A DNA stretch of 64,000 nucleotides from an uncultured Pseudoflavonifractor sp. Lineage in GTDB: Bacteria > Bacillota > Clostridia > Oscillospirales > Oscillospiraceae. How positions within the stretch are numbered: position 1 is the first letter of the stretch; the number at the start of each line of letters is the position of its first letter. The notes beneath the pieces were generated by a model. The model was given only the letters and a program-made list of their open reading frames with translations, ran no database searches and had not been told where the DNA came from. Shown here piece after piece: positions 34,614 through 44,691 of the stretch. The stretch covers positions 1,084 through 65,083 of the forward strand of contig CAZDDZ010000005.1 of NCBI GenBank assembly GCA_964504285.1, in the 5' to 3' direction. The translations under genes and the position numbers were made by a program.

Positions 34614-37307
34614 TTGGAAAAACCGCGCTGTGACCCAGATGAAATGCTTCGCAGGGTAAAGAAGGAGCTGGAGGAACGAAAGCGGGGCCATCTAAAAATA
34701 TTTTTTGGCTATGCCGCCGGGGTAGGGAAAACCTACGCTATGCTTAAGGCTGCCCATGGAGCGGCTCATCGCGGCGTTGATGTGGTGGTGGGTTATGTAG
34801 AGCCCCACGACCGCCCCCGGACAGCCCAGCTGCTCAGCGGGCTGGAGGCAATCCCGGCTAAACGGGTGACCCACGGGGGCATAGTGCTGCATGAGTTTGA
34901 CCTGGACAGGGCGCTGGAGCGAAAGCCCCAGCTCCTTCTGGTGGATGAGCTGGCTCACACCAATGGAGACGGGTGCCGCCACCGCAAGCGTCACCAGGAT
35001 ATTGCCGAACTGCTAAACGCCGGAATTAGCGTCTACACAACGGTAAATGTTCAGCATATTGAGAGCCTGAACGACATGGTGACCGCAATTACGGGGGTAA
35101 CCGTCCGGGAGCGGATTCCCGACCATGTGTTTGACCGTGCCGACCAGGTAGAGCTGGTGGATATTGAGCCCGAGGAGCTGATGGAGCGGCTTGGCAAGGG
35201 TGAGGTTTACGGAAAGACTCAGGCAGAAAAGGCGCTGGGTAATTTCTTTACCTCCCAAAATCTGACCGCATTGCGGGAGCTGGCCCTCCGCCGCTGCGCC
35301 GACCGAGTTAACCGGATGGTGGAGGCCGGGCGGGACAGCATGAGCGGCGGCTATTACACCGACGAGCACATCCTGGTTTGTCTCTCGTCTTCCCCCACCA
35401 ACGCAAAAATCATCCGTACCGCGGCGAGAATGGCCAGCGCCTTTCGGGGAAGCTTTACCGCCCTGTTTGTAGAGACCCCTGCCTTTGTTACCATGAGCGA
35501 GGAGAACCGGAGCCGCCTACGCCAGAATATCCACCTTGCCGGGCAGCTTGGGGCCTCGGTAGAGACGGTCTGCGGGGACGACATTGCCTTCCAGATTTCC
35601 GAATTCGCCAGGCTTTCCGGCGTGTCTAAAATTGTTTTGGGCCGCAGCAGCGCAAAGCGAAAATTATGGCCGGGTACACCCACGCTAACTGAAAAAATTA
35701 CAGCACTTTCTCCCAATCTGGATATTTACATTATTCCGGAAAAGGACACGCCGCCGTATAGGGCGAAGCAGGGGGCTGTCAGCACGCCCAATACCGTGTG
35801 GCAGGATATTTTTAAGAGTGCGCTGGCACTTGCTGCCGCCAGTTTGGTTGGTCTGCTGTTTTACCGCTTTGGATTTAGCGAGGCCAATATTATTACAGCC
35901 TATATCCTAGGTGTGCTGGTTACTGCCATTAGTACCTCACGGCGAATATACAGCCTTGTCTCCTCGGCGGTAAGCGTGCTGACCTTTAACTTTCTGTTTA
36001 CAGACCCTCGCTTTTCGTTTAACGCCTACGACGCCAGCTATCCGGCGACCTTTTTATTTATGTTTATTGCCGCGTTTCTTACCAGCACCGTGGCGGTGCG
36101 CCTGAAACAGCAGGCCCGCCAGTCGGCTGAGACCGCCTACCGCACCAAAATTCTGTTTGATACAAACCAGCTTATCAGCAATGAACGGGACACGGGCGGC
36201 ATCATTGCCGTAACCTGCAAGCAGCTATCCAGACTACTGGGCAAGGATATTCTGTTCTACGGCGTGCAGGACGACAGGCTGACAGACCCGCTCTTTTTCT
36301 CGGTAGGGGAGAGCCCCCAGCCCGGTCGCTATCAATCGGAGCATGAAAAGACGGTGGCGACCTGGGTCTACCACAACAATAAGCACGCCGGAGCAACCAC
36401 CAATACCCTGGGGAATGCAGGCTGCCTCTATCTCTCCGTTCGAGTAGGGCAGGAGGTTTACGGCGTGGTGGGTGTGGCGGTGGAGGGGACTGCCCTGGAC
36501 GCAATGGAGAACAGCGTTATGCTCTCCATTCTGGGGGAATGCGCCCTGGCGCTGAAAAACGAGGCGATGTCCCGTCAACGGGAGGAAGCCGCGCTCCTTG
36601 CAAAAAATGAGCAGCTGCGGGCAAATCTGCTCCGCTCTATTTCCCACGATTTGCGTACTCCGCTGACCACCATCTCCGGCAACGCCGGTATTTTACTGGA
36701 AAGCGAGGGCAGCTTAGACGCAGAAAAGCGCCGGGGCCTTTACACCAGCATTTACGACGATGCGCTGTGGCTAATTAACCTAGTGGAAAATCTGCTGTCG
36801 GTAACTCGCATTGAGGATAATTCCATGAAGCTGCGCACCACCACCGAGCTGATGGATGAGGTAATTGCCGAAGCTATGCGCCATATCAGTCGGAAAAGTA
36901 TCGAGCACAGTATTACGGTAAAGCCTTCCGACGGGTTTGCCCTGGTGAAAATGGATGCGCGGCTAATGATGCAGGTGGTCATTAATCTGGTGGACAATGC
37001 CATTAAATATACCCCCCAGGGCTCTGCCATTACCATTGAAACCAGGCAGGAGGGGGGCAAGGTGATGGTATCGGTCTCCGATGACGGTCCCGGCATTTCA
37101 GACGAGTCTAAAAAGCGAATTTTTGATATGTTCTACACCGCCAATGCCACGGTTGCCGACAGCCGCCGCAGCTTGGGTCTAGGGCTTGCCCTGTGCAAGT
37201 CTATTGTGACGGCCCACGGCGGTGAGCTTACAGTGAGCGACCGGGTGCCCAGAGGCACGGTCTTTACCTTTACATTGCCCGCCGAGGAGGTATGCCTGCA
37301 TGAATAA
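34614..37307 (+). CDS. kdpD: Sensor histidine kinase KdpD (KdpD N-terminal domain, Usp, TM block, GAF, HisKA/HATPase)
   Basis: FFGYAAGVGKTYAML P-loop and H-box SHDLRTPLT. The proposed start is TTG 34614 (GGGAGGGG RBS) or ATG 34644. The ORF-track start at 34425 runs through the repeats. Confidence 0.9.
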   Translation: MEKPRCDPDEMLRRVKKELEERKRGHLKIFFGYAAGVGKTYAMLKAAHGAAHRGVDVVVGYVEPHDRPRTAQLLSGLEAIPAKRVTHGGIVLHEFDLDRALERKPQLLLVDELAHTNGDGCRHRKRHQDIAELLNAGISVYTTVNVQHIESLNDMVTAITGVTVRERIPDHVFDRADQVELVDIEPEELMERLGKGEVYGKTQAEKALGNFFTSQNLTALRELALRRCADRVNRMVEAGRDSMSGGYYTDEHILVCLSSSPTNAKIIRTAARMASAFRGSFTALFVETPAFVTMSEENRSRLRQNIHLAGQLGASVETVCGDDIAFQISEFARLSGVSKIVLGRSSAKRKLWPGTPTLTEKITALSPNLDIYIIPEKDTPPYRAKQGAVSTPNTVWQDIFKSALALAAASLVGLLFYRFGFSEANIITAYILGVLVTAISTSRRIYSLVSSAVSVLTFNFLFTDPRFSFNAYDASYPATFLFMFIAAFLTSTVAVRLKQQARQSAETAYRTKILFDTNQLISNERDTGGIIAVTCKQLSRLLGKDILFYGVQDDRLTDPLFFSVGESPQPGRYQSEHEKTVATWVYHNNKHAGATTNTLGNAGCLYLSVRVGQEVYGVVGVAVEGTALDAMENSVMLSILGECALALKNEAMSRQREEAALLAKNEQLRANLLRSISHDLRTPLTTISGNAGILLESEGSLDAEKRRGLYTSIYDDALWLINLVENLLSVTRIEDNSMKLRTTTELMDEVIAEAMRHISRKSIEHSITVKPSDGFALVKMDARLMMQVVINLVDNAIKYTPQGSAITIETRQEGGKVMVSVSDDGPGISDESKKRIFDMFYTANATVADSRRSLGLGLALCKSIVTAHGGELTVSDRVPRGTVFTFTLPAEEVCLHE

Positions 37308-37998
37308 ACCGCTGATTTTGGTTGTGGAGGATGACGACGCTATCCGCAACCTGATTACCACTACATTAGAAACCCATGATTACCGTTTTTTAACCGCACC
37401 CACAGGAGCGGCCGCCATTTTAGAGGCCGTATCCCATAACCCGGAGGTCGTGCTTTTGGACCTGGGTCTGCCCGATATGGACGGAGTGGAGGTCATTAAG
37501 AAAATTCGCAGCTGGTCGAAAGTACCCATTATTGTCATCAGCGCCAGGAGCGAGGATACCGATAAAATTGATGCGCTGGACGCAGGGGCTGATGACTACC
37601 TTACCAAGCCCTTTTCGGTGGAAGAGCTGCTGGCCCGGCTGCGGGTGACCTTTCGGCGGCTAAACGACGCGCTGTCCGGAGAACAGCCCCAGGGAGCCGC
37701 CTTTACCAATGGTGACCTGACCATCGATTACGCCGCCGGATGCGCCTACCTGGAAAACCAAGAGTTGCACCTGACCCCCATTGAATATAAGCTTCTATGC
37801 CTGCTGGCTAAAAATGCGGGCAAGGTGCTGACCCATACCTACATAACGCGTGAAATCTGGGGCAGCTCCTGGGATAACGACGTGGGCTCCCTGCGGGTGT
37901 TTATGGCAACGCTCCGCAAAAAAATAGAGACAGGGGCCAACCCGTCCCAATATATTCAAACGCACATCGGGGTGGGGTATCGGATGCTGAAGATATAA
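37300..37998 (+). CDS. kdpE: OmpR-family response regulator KdpE
   Basis: ILVVEDD, VLLDLGLPDMDG and IQTHIGVGYRM; 8-nt overlap with kdpD. Confidence 0.9.
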   Translation: MNKPLILVVEDDDAIRNLITTTLETHDYRFLTAPTGAAAILEAVSHNPEVVLLDLGLPDMDGVEVIKKIRSWSKVPIIVISARSEDTDKIDALDAGADDYLTKPFSVEELLARLRVTFRRLNDALSGEQPQGAAFTNGDLTIDYAAGCAYLENQELHLTPIEYKLLCLLAKNAGKVLTHTYITREIWGSSWDNDVGSLRVFMATLRKKIETGANPSQYIQTHIGVGYRMLKI

Positions 37999-38050
37999 AT
38001 GTAAGCTGTTTACCTCCGTCCGGGTACGGCCACTAAATCATTGTGCTAAG

Positions 38051-38096
38051 AATAACGGCGGGGCAAGCGATTTCGCTTGCCCCGCCGTTATTTTTA
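38051..38096. terminator. Bidirectional intrinsic terminator between the convergent kdpE and kdpC genes
   Basis: aataacggcggggcaagcg-attt-cgcttgccccgccgttatt followed by ttt. Confidence 0.85.
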
Positions 38097-38129
38097 CAGG
38101 CTGTGGATAAACCATTCCAACCAGGTTTG

Positions 38130-38765
38130 TTAGAGAATGCCCAATTCCCGGGCGATGTCCAAATTTACCAGAAGTACATTGACATGAGCTTCACTGAAGA
38201 TACCCAGCAGCTTTCCCTGTGTGTGGTTTTGTATGATCTCCTCTAAGCGGGCTTGACTCAGGCCGGTACTTTGCACCAGCCGAGGGATTTGAATGGCTGC
38301 GGAGTCAGGGGAAATGTGGGGATCCAGGCCAGAGCCGGAGGCGGTGAGCAAGTCTGTGGGAATATCCTCGCGGCGCACCTGGGGATTTGCAGCCAGAAAG
38401 GCGGCCATGTCAGCGGTTACCCGCTGAATTAGAGCGGGGTTAGTAGGGGCATAGTTCTGAGAACCTGAGGCAGGGCCGGTGTAGTCGCCCGCCTCCTTTT
38501 CTGCCTCGGTATAGGTGTTGTACCCCACTGCGGAGGGGCGGCCCCATAGAAAGCGGGGGTCTGTGAACTGCTGCCCTACCAGGGTGCTACCCACGGCTAC
38601 GCCGTCCACTTCGATGACACTGCCCTTTGCCTGATGGGGAAAGAAAACCATAGAAAGCCCGGTAAGGGCCAGAGGGTAGAAAAGCCCGCAGAGCACCATA
38701 AGCACCAGCGTAACCAGTCCGGCTTTTTTTATGCTGCCCAGAGCGGATTTAAGTTTTGTGTGCAC
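38130..38765 (-). CDS. kdpC: K+-transporting ATPase subunit C
   Basis: Single N-terminal TM, LLTASGSGLDPHISP motif, and position after kdpB. Confidence 0.9.
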   Translation of the reverse strand: MHTKLKSALGSIKKAGLVTLVLMVLCGLFYPLALTGLSMVFFPHQAKGSVIEVDGVAVGSTLVGQQFTDPRFLWGRPSAVGYNTYTEAEKEAGDYTGPASGSQNYAPTNPALIQRVTADMAAFLAANPQVRREDIPTDLLTASGSGLDPHISPDSAAIQIPRLVQSTGLSQARLEEIIQNHTQGKLLGIFSEAHVNVLLVNLDIARELGIL

Positions 38766-38778
38766 GATAAATTCCTCC

Positions 38779-40830
38779 TTACAGACCCAGCAGCATCAAA
38801 AGGGGATGAATGGCCAGGTCAATGAGCTTGATGCCGAGAAAGGGTGTTATAACCCCGCCAAGGCCGTAAATGAGCAGGTTGCGGCGCAGAAGCTTGCTGC
38901 TGCTCATGGGACGGTACTTAACCCCCCGCATGGCCAGCGGAATCAGGCAGGGGATAATAATAGCGTTAAAGACCAGGGCCGAGAGAATGGCGCTTAAGGG
39001 GGTGGCCAGGGACATGATGTTAAGCACCCCCAGCTGGGGAATGACCAGCATAAACATAGCCGGAATAATGGCAAAGTATTTGGCAATGTCGTTAGCAATG
39101 CTGAAGGTAGTCAGACTGCCCCGGGTAATGAGCAGCTGCTTGCCAATTTCCACTACCTCCAAAATTTTGGTGGGGTCCGAGTCCAAATCCACCATGTTGG
39201 CGGCTTCCTTGGCGGCGGCGGTGCCGCTGTTCATGGCAAGACCCACGTTGGCCTGCGCCAGGGCGGGGGCATCGTTGGTGCCGTCTCCGGTCATGGCGAC
39301 GATTTTACCCAGGGCCTGTGCTTCGCGGATGACGCGGATTTTATCCTCAGGCTTGCACTCGGCAATAAATTCATCCACCCCTGCTTCCCCCGCAATGGTA
39401 GCGGCGGTCAGAGGATTATCGCCGGTGCACATGACGGTTTTAATGCCGATGGCCCGCAGACGGTCAAACCGCTCCTTCATACCGGCCTTTACCGTGTCCT
39501 TCAGGTAAATAACGCCCAGCACCCTAGCTCCTTCGCACACAGTCAGCGGGGTGCCGCCCAGGGAGGAAACCCGACTGACCACCGATTCTAAATCAGCGGG
39601 AATGGACCCGCCCATAGCCTTAACATAGCCGGCAATGGCCTGATCCGAGCCCTTGCGGATGCTGGTGCCGTCGGGCAGGTCGACGCCGCTCATGCTGGTT
39701 TGGGCGGTAAACTCCACGAAGGAAGCGCCCGCCGGAGCCTGAACGGTGCACCCCCTTTTACGGCCCAGCTGAACGGTGGATTTGCCCTCGGGAGTACCGT
39801 CCGAGAGAGAGGAGAGTACCGCGCAGCGGACAAGGGCTTCCTGACTGCAAGCGCCAACGGGGTAGAAATCGGTGGCCAGCCGATTGCCGTAGGTAATGGT
39901 GCCGGTCTTATCTAAGATCATAGTGTCCACATCGCCACAGGCCTCTACCGCCTTGCCCGACATAGCGATGACGTTAAACCGCGTGACCCGGTCCATGCCC
40001 GCAATTCCGATGGCGGAGAGAAGACCGCCGATGGTGGTGGGAATCAGGCAGACGGTCAGGGCGATGAGAGTGGAAACGGGCAGTACCACGCCGCTATATA
40101 GAGCGATGGGGTAAAGCGTGACGATAACAATGAGAAAAATAATGGTCAGGCTGACCAAAAGGGTACTCAGAGCAATTTCATTCGGGGTTTTTTGCCGGGA
40201 GGCACCCTCTACCATAGCAATCATACGGTCGAGAAAGCTCTCGCCCGGGGCAGAGGTCACACGAACCTTTAACCAGTCGCTGATTACGGTGGTGCCGCCG
40301 GTTACCGAGCTGAAGTCGCCGCCGCTCTCACGGACCACCGGGGCCGATTCGCCGGTAATGGCCGATTCATCCACCGAGGCCACGCCCTCCACGACCTCAC
40401 CGTCGTTGGGAATCAGCTCTCCCGCCATTACCAGCACCAGGTCGCCCTTTTGAAGGTCGTGAGAGCTGACAAATTCCTCCTCGCCATTGGAAAGAATGCG
40501 TCGGGCACGGGTATCCTTCTGAGTTTTTTTAAGACTTGCGGCCTGGGCTTTTCCGCGCCCTTCGGCCACCGCTTCGGCAAAGTTTGCAAAGAGCAGGGTC
40601 AGCAACAGGATAAAGGACACCATGCAATTGTAAGGCCGCAGAGCTTCACTGCTCTCGCTTCCGAACAGACCGGGAAACAGGGAGAGGAGCACGGTGATGA
40701 AAAAGCCAACTTCGACAACGAACATAACGGGATTTTTCATCATCAGGCGGGGATTAAGCTTGGTAAACGCGCCACGGATGGCACCTTTTAAAATTTCTGG
40801 TGTTACGAGCTTCTTTTTTGGCTGCGTCAT
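38779..40830 (-). CDS. kdpB: K+-transporting P-type ATPase subunit B
   Basis: DKTGTIT phosphorylation motif and [13 protein letters not shown]. Confidence 0.95.
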   Translation of the reverse strand: MTQPKKKLVTPEILKGAIRGAFTKLNPRLMMKNPVMFVVEVGFFITVLLSLFPGLFGSESSEALRPYNCMVSFILLLTLLFANFAEAVAEGRGKAQAASLKKTQKDTRARRILSNGEEEFVSSHDLQKGDLVLVMAGELIPNDGEVVEGVASVDESAITGESAPVVRESGGDFSSVTGGTTVISDWLKVRVTSAPGESFLDRMIAMVEGASRQKTPNEIALSTLLVSLTIIFLIVIVTLYPIALYSGVVLPVSTLIALTVCLIPTTIGGLLSAIGIAGMDRVTRFNVIAMSGKAVEACGDVDTMILDKTGTITYGNRLATDFYPVGACSQEALVRCAVLSSLSDGTPEGKSTVQLGRKRGCTVQAPAGASFVEFTAQTSMSGVDLPDGTSIRKGSDQAIAGYVKAMGGSIPADLESVVSRVSSLGGTPLTVCEGARVLGVIYLKDTVKAGMKERFDRLRAIGIKTVMCTGDNPLTAATIAGEAGVDEFIAECKPEDKIRVIREAQALGKIVAMTGDGTNDAPALAQANVGLAMNSGTAAAKEAANMVDLDSDPTKILEVVEIGKQLLITRGSLTTFSIANDIAKYFAIIPAMFMLVIPQLGVLNIMSLATPLSAILSALVFNAIIIPCLIPLAMRGVKYRPMSSSKLLRRNLLIYGLGGVITPFLGIKLIDLAIHPLLMLLGL

Positions 40831-40843
40831 GATTAAATACCTC

Positions 40844-42577
40844 TTAGCTCCATAAAGTCAGATGTTCCGCAATGGGCCCCAGTGCCAGTACCGGGAAAAA
40901 GGTCAGGGCCGCGAAAATATAAACCACCAGCACCAGCACAATGGCAAAGGTGGGGGTATCGGTGCGCAGGGTACCGGAGGACTGGTTGCACATGGTCTTT
41001 TTCATCAGACTGCCCGCAATGGCAAGCTGAAGGATGATAGACAGGTACCGGCCCAGGAACATGGCAAGGCCTGTGGTGATGTTCCAAAAATAGCTGTTGT
41101 CGGCCAGCCCCTCAAACCCGGAGCCGTTGTTGGACGCGGCAGAGGCATACTCGTACAGAACCTGGGAAAGACCGTGAAAGCCTGGATTGGTAATACCGGC
41201 CCTGCCGGCGGAAAGGCTGACGGCCAGGGCGGAAAAGCTTAAAATCAGCAGGGGATGAATGATAATGCACAGGGCTGTCAGCTTCATCTCGCGGCCTTCA
41301 ATTTTTTTGCCCAGGTATTCGGGGGTGCGGCCAATCATTAAGCCGCACAGAAAGACGGCCAGAATGGCGTAAATCACCATGTTCATAAGACCCACGCCCT
41401 TGCCCCCAAAGACCACGTTGAGCATCATGTGCAGGAGGGCAACCAGCCCCCCCAGCGGAGTAAGGGTGTCGTGCATGTTGTTGATGGTGCCTGTGGTGAA
41501 GGAGGTGGTCACGGTAGTGAATAGAGCGGACTGGGCAACGCCGAAGCGAACTTCTTTTCCTTCCATGCTGCCCATACTCTGGCTTAATCCGGCCCCCGCC
41601 AGGGCGGGATTACCTGCTTGCTCGGCAGCAAAGCACAGGGCCAGTCCGGCCACAAAGAGAATACTCATAGCGGCGAACACGGTACGGCCCTCGCTACCGA
41701 AAAAGCGGGCGGGTCGGGTAGCCAGACTGCCGACAGGGCCGTCCTTGGGACGAGCGCGTACCATCTTTCCAAACATAATGACGCAGGCGCCGGGAAGAAG
41801 CATCATGGAAAAAAGCTCCGCCAGGTTAGAAAGAATGGTGGGGTTTTCCAGCGGAGTGCTGGAGCCCGCCCCCAGAAAGCCGCCGCCGTTGGTGCCCAGA
41901 TGCTTGATGGATTCCAGAGCGGCAATGGGGCCGGTGGCAATATCCTGAAGATTACCCTCAATGGTGTGGACGGTAATGTTAGGAGAAAAATTTTGGGGCA
42001 CTCCTTGGAAGACAAGGAAAAGTCCTACCAGAATGGACAAGGGGAGAAGAATGCGGGTGATAATACGAATGAGATCCACATAGAAATTGCCCATGTTGTC
42101 CCGGGTTTTTCCTGCCAGACCACGGACAAAGGCTACGCAGGCGGCGTAACCGGAGGCCGCTGAGGTAAACATCATAAAGGTAATGACCAGCATTTGGCTT
42201 AAGTAGGATAGGCCGCTTTCACCGGAGTAGTGCTGCAGATTGGTATTGGTCATAAAACTTATGATAGTGTTAAACGAGAGTGTGGGCTCCATGCCGCCGA
42301 TGGCGTTGGGATTCAAAATGGGCAGTGCCTGAAGCCTTAAAATCAGATACCCTGCAAACACCATGACAGCGTTGGTAAGGAGCAGGGAGAGTGCGTATTT
42401 TTTCCAGGTCATAGAGCTGTGTGGATCAATACCGCAAAGGCGGTAGAGTACACCGTCCACCCGATCCAATACCGGGTCTGCGAAGGTGCGCTTCTGTACC
42501 GCCACATGGTAGAGATAGGTGCCCATGGGAATGACCAAGGCCAGGTACACGGCCAGGGTCATAATAATTTGAAGCAT
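40844..42577 (-). CDS. kdpA: K+-transporting ATPase subunit A
   Basis: Polytopic KdpA-like protein. Start moved to ATG 42577 ([20 protein letters not shown] at 42585-42589); the ORF-track extension to 42682 lies inside a repeat. Confidence 0.92.
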   Translation of the reverse strand: MLQIIMTLAVYLALVIPMGTYLYHVAVQKRTFADPVLDRVDGVLYRLCGIDPHSSMTWKKYALSLLLTNAVMVFAGYLILRLQALPILNPNAIGGMEPTLSFNTIISFMTNTNLQHYSGESGLSYLSQMLVITFMMFTSAASGYAACVAFVRGLAGKTRDNMGNFYVDLIRIITRILLPLSILVGLFLVFQGVPQNFSPNITVHTIEGNLQDIATGPIAALESIKHLGTNGGGFLGAGSSTPLENPTILSNLAELFSMMLLPGACVIMFGKMVRARPKDGPVGSLATRPARFFGSEGRTVFAAMSILFVAGLALCFAAEQAGNPALAGAGLSQSMGSMEGKEVRFGVAQSALFTTVTTSFTTGTINNMHDTLTPLGGLVALLHMMLNVVFGGKGVGLMNMVIYAILAVFLCGLMIGRTPEYLGKKIEGREMKLTALCIIIHPLLILSFSALAVSLSAGRAGITNPGFHGLSQVLYEYASAASNNGSGFEGLADNSYFWNITTGLAMFLGRYLSIILQLAIAGSLMKKTMCNQSSGTLRTDTPTFAIVLVLVVYIFAALTFFPVLALGPIAEHLTLWS

Positions 42578-42589
42578 GCAAAATCCTCC

Positions 42590-42753
42590 TAGAGCGTTTC
42601 TGAAAAGTAGCGGAATGCACAGAAACGCAAAATTTTTTTGCCAGGCAAGCCAATTTTTTGCAGCCATACTGACGTATGGCAAGGAAAATTGGCGCTGCCC
42701 TGACGAAAAAAGACAAGTTTATGGGCGTTTTGATACTTTTCAGAAACGCTCTA
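42590..42753. mobile_element. Family-B MITE-like repeat inserted between kdpF and kdpA
   Basis: The element runs from tagagcgtttctgaaaagta to tacttttcagaaacgctcta with a perfect 20-bp TIR. It is in reverse orientation relative to the copy at 21613. Confidence 0.85.
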
Positions 42754-42828
42754 AAACTTCTCCGGGTGAATAAGCGCATAAAAGAGATAAGCGCTTATGA
42801 GCAAAAGCAAAATAATTAGCAGCGGCAT
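42751..42828 (-). CDS. kdpF: K+-transporting ATPase subunit F (25 aa)
   Basis: Translation MPLLIILLLLISAYLFYALIHPEKF, with the YL.YAL..PE.F ending typical of KdpF. It has a GAGGA RBS. It is not in the ORF track because it is under 60 aa. Its TAG stop is formed with the repeat terminus. Confidence 0.75.
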   Translation of the reverse strand: MPLLIILLLLISAYLFYALIHPEKF

Positions 42829-42842
42829 ATAAATTTCCTCAC

Positions 42843-42935
42843 TTATTTCTCCACTTGTTTTTCGCACCAATCTGCAAAACGCTTTATGCCAAACAGACAG
42901 ACGGCCAGGCCGACGACCATCCATAAATCCATCAT
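42843..42935 (-). CDS. Candidate 30-aa hydrophobic micro-protein preceding kdpF
   Basis: AAAGGAGG lies 8 nt upstream of ATGATG. Translation is MMDLWMVVGLAVCLFGIKRFADWCEKQVEK, and the stop is 14 nt before the kdpF ATG. Confidence 0.4.
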   Translation of the reverse strand: MMDLWMVVGLAVCLFGIKRFADWCEKQVEK

Positions 42936-43059
42936 CCTCTGTTCCTCCTTTGCTCTCTGATAAAAGTAGTTTAGCAGGAGGGGAATAAAGTCGGTGTTAG
43001 GCCGGGCAATATCTATGTTAAGATTGCGTAAGGGGTGGCCCTGGTGTATAAAAGACGCA

Positions 43060-43108
43060 AATAGCGTAAGGCCGACGTTTCCTTTGGAAACGTCGGCCTT
43101 ACGCTATT
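43060..43108. other. Perfect 23-bp-stem hairpin (terminator-like or REP-like)
   Basis: aatagcgtaaggccgacgtttcc-ttt-ggaaacgtcggccttacgctatt. Confidence 0.5.
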
Positions 43109-43114
43109 ATAATC

Positions 43115-43279
43115 TAGATCGTGTTGACACGAGCGATCGACCGCCATATTTTGGCAGTTTTTTCGCCTGCCTGCGTTAAAAATTTTTGCATTCCACCAAG
43201 GAGTGCTGCAAATTTTTGCCTTGTCAGGCAAAAATACTGCTTAAAATCTGGCAATCTCAACTCATGTCAACACTATCTA
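43115..43279. mobile_element. Family-A MITE-like repeat, copy 2
   Basis: The element runs from tagatcgtgttgacacgag to ctcatgtcaacactatcta. It is collinear and near-identical with 10644-10808. Confidence 0.8.
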
Positions 43280-43373
43280 GGAAAGTTCTGATTTAATCCA
43301 GTCGTATAGATTAGCGCGTGTGTTTTTTGGCGCAGTCCGGGCAGAAAAGACACTGCCAAGATAGGCGGCGGGA

Positions 43374-44150
43374 TTAAACCAGAGGTTCCCTAGTGTCGTT
43401 CCAGGCGGCCAAATAGGAAAAGCAGGGCCAGAAAGCGTCCCGGGTGAGCAGACGGGTTAGGAGAGGGGAGGCCTCCCTGGCTCTGCCCGAGTGAAACAGA
43501 TATCGGCAGATACCGTATAGCGCAATGACATACTCCATGTCGTCGGGCTCATCCTCCAGCGCGGAGAGCAGGCCGTGACAGGTTTCATGCTCCGTCCAAA
43601 CCCGCACCGCCTTTTCGTATGCCGTGTGGTGCCCCACCGCCATACCCGGATGATAGCGCTCCAGTAAGTGGGGGGCGGCATTTGCACGCCAGGCGCTGAG
43701 GGTGTGCCAGTAGATAACCCCGATACCCATTTCGTCATCGCAGATTGCAAAGCAGCGCGCAAGCCACACCATTGCCTGGTCGTACGCGCCGCCGTAGTAG
43801 CAGGAGAGCCCCAGACGGTAGGTGAGGTCTGTCGGGTCGCCCCCCAGGGTCAGACAGCGCAAAAGGTCGCTTTGGGCAGATTCCCACTCCAAAAGAGAAA
43901 GCAGCCGCCCGGCCCGAAGACGGAGGGGCTCCAAGCGGTCGGGGCACAGAGCTAGGGCGGCGGAATAGACCGCCGCCGCCTCCCGATAGCGCAGCTGGCG
44001 GGACAGGGCGCCGCCCAGCGCCATCAGGCCGTCATAGTCGGCCGCCCCCCGCAGGGCGGTTACCTCCTCCGAGTCACAGACCTCCACAGGGCCGCCCGCC
44101 AACTGACTTTGCCAGCCGGCGTGGACCGAGTCAAAGGGCGCGCCCATCAA
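43374..44150 (-). CDS. TPR-like repeat protein (function unknown)
   Basis: Helical repeat sequence (YREAAAVYSAALALCPD...). 4-nt overlap with the upstream FmdE-like gene. Confidence 0.65.
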   Translation of the reverse strand: MMGAPFDSVHAGWQSQLAGGPVEVCDSEEVTALRGAADYDGLMALGGALSRQLRYREAAAVYSAALALCPDRLEPLRLRAGRLLSLLEWESAQSDLLRCLTLGGDPTDLTYRLGLSCYYGGAYDQAMVWLARCFAICDDEMGIGVIYWHTLSAWRANAAPHLLERYHPGMAVGHHTAYEKAVRVWTEHETCHGLLSALEDEPDDMEYVIALYGICRYLFHSGRAREASPLLTRLLTRDAFWPCFSYLAAWNDTREPLV

Positions 44151-44689
44151 AGAGACCTGTTGTACGGGCGGTGGCAGTCCTCACAGAGCCACTGCCCGTC
44201 TTGAAGATGAAGCCAGCACTCAGCGGTCTGTTCGCCGCATTTGGCACAGGGGTGGCTTTTAAAAATACGGGCCTCCTCGGGCAGAGGCACGGCAGGGCTT
44301 TTTACGTCAAACATGTCGTGATAGTCGCCCTCCATGAGCCACCCTAGGCGCTCCTCCCGGCTTTTTCCCGGCGTGGCGCGCAGGACAAGGCGGACGCCAT
44401 CGCCATTTTTCCGGTTATAAAAGCTAAAGGCCTGCTTGCCCCTGAGACGCAAAAGAAGATTGCCCTTGCCCAGCGTGCAGCCCAGAAGCGCCTGCACCGC
44501 GTCCACGCCGCAGGCGTCGTTTTCCGCAATGCAGACAAGCTCCTCATCTTCCGCCCGCCCGTCGGGACGCAAAAGCTCCATGGCGTACAGACTGGCCTGG
44601 TACCCCACCGCCAGACCGCCGCAGGAATGGCCGTGGAAGCAGACGCATTGGTTCCAAAGGATTTTGTCGGTGTCGATCATATGAAACAC
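44147..44689 (-). CDS. FmdE-family protein with C-terminal zinc ribbon
   Basis: FHGHSCGGLAVGYQ motif plus CAKCGE...LCEDC. Confidence 0.8.
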   Translation of the reverse strand: MFHMIDTDKILWNQCVCFHGHSCGGLAVGYQASLYAMELLRPDGRAEDEELVCIAENDACGVDAVQALLGCTLGKGNLLLRLRGKQAFSFYNRKNGDGVRLVLRATPGKSREERLGWLMEGDYHDMFDVKSPAVPLPEEARIFKSHPCAKCGEQTAECWLHLQDGQWLCEDCHRPYNRSL

Positions 44690-44691
44690 TC

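Noticed and set aside
42936-43060. c-di-AMP (ydaO/kimA-type) riboswitch or other riboswitch upstream of the kdp operon
   Set aside because: I could not recognise the pseudo-symmetric ACGR/GGGGA-type conserved cores or any extended conserved structure. Only a TTTATACACC-like stretch is present. It is reminiscent of KdpE sites but too weak to call.
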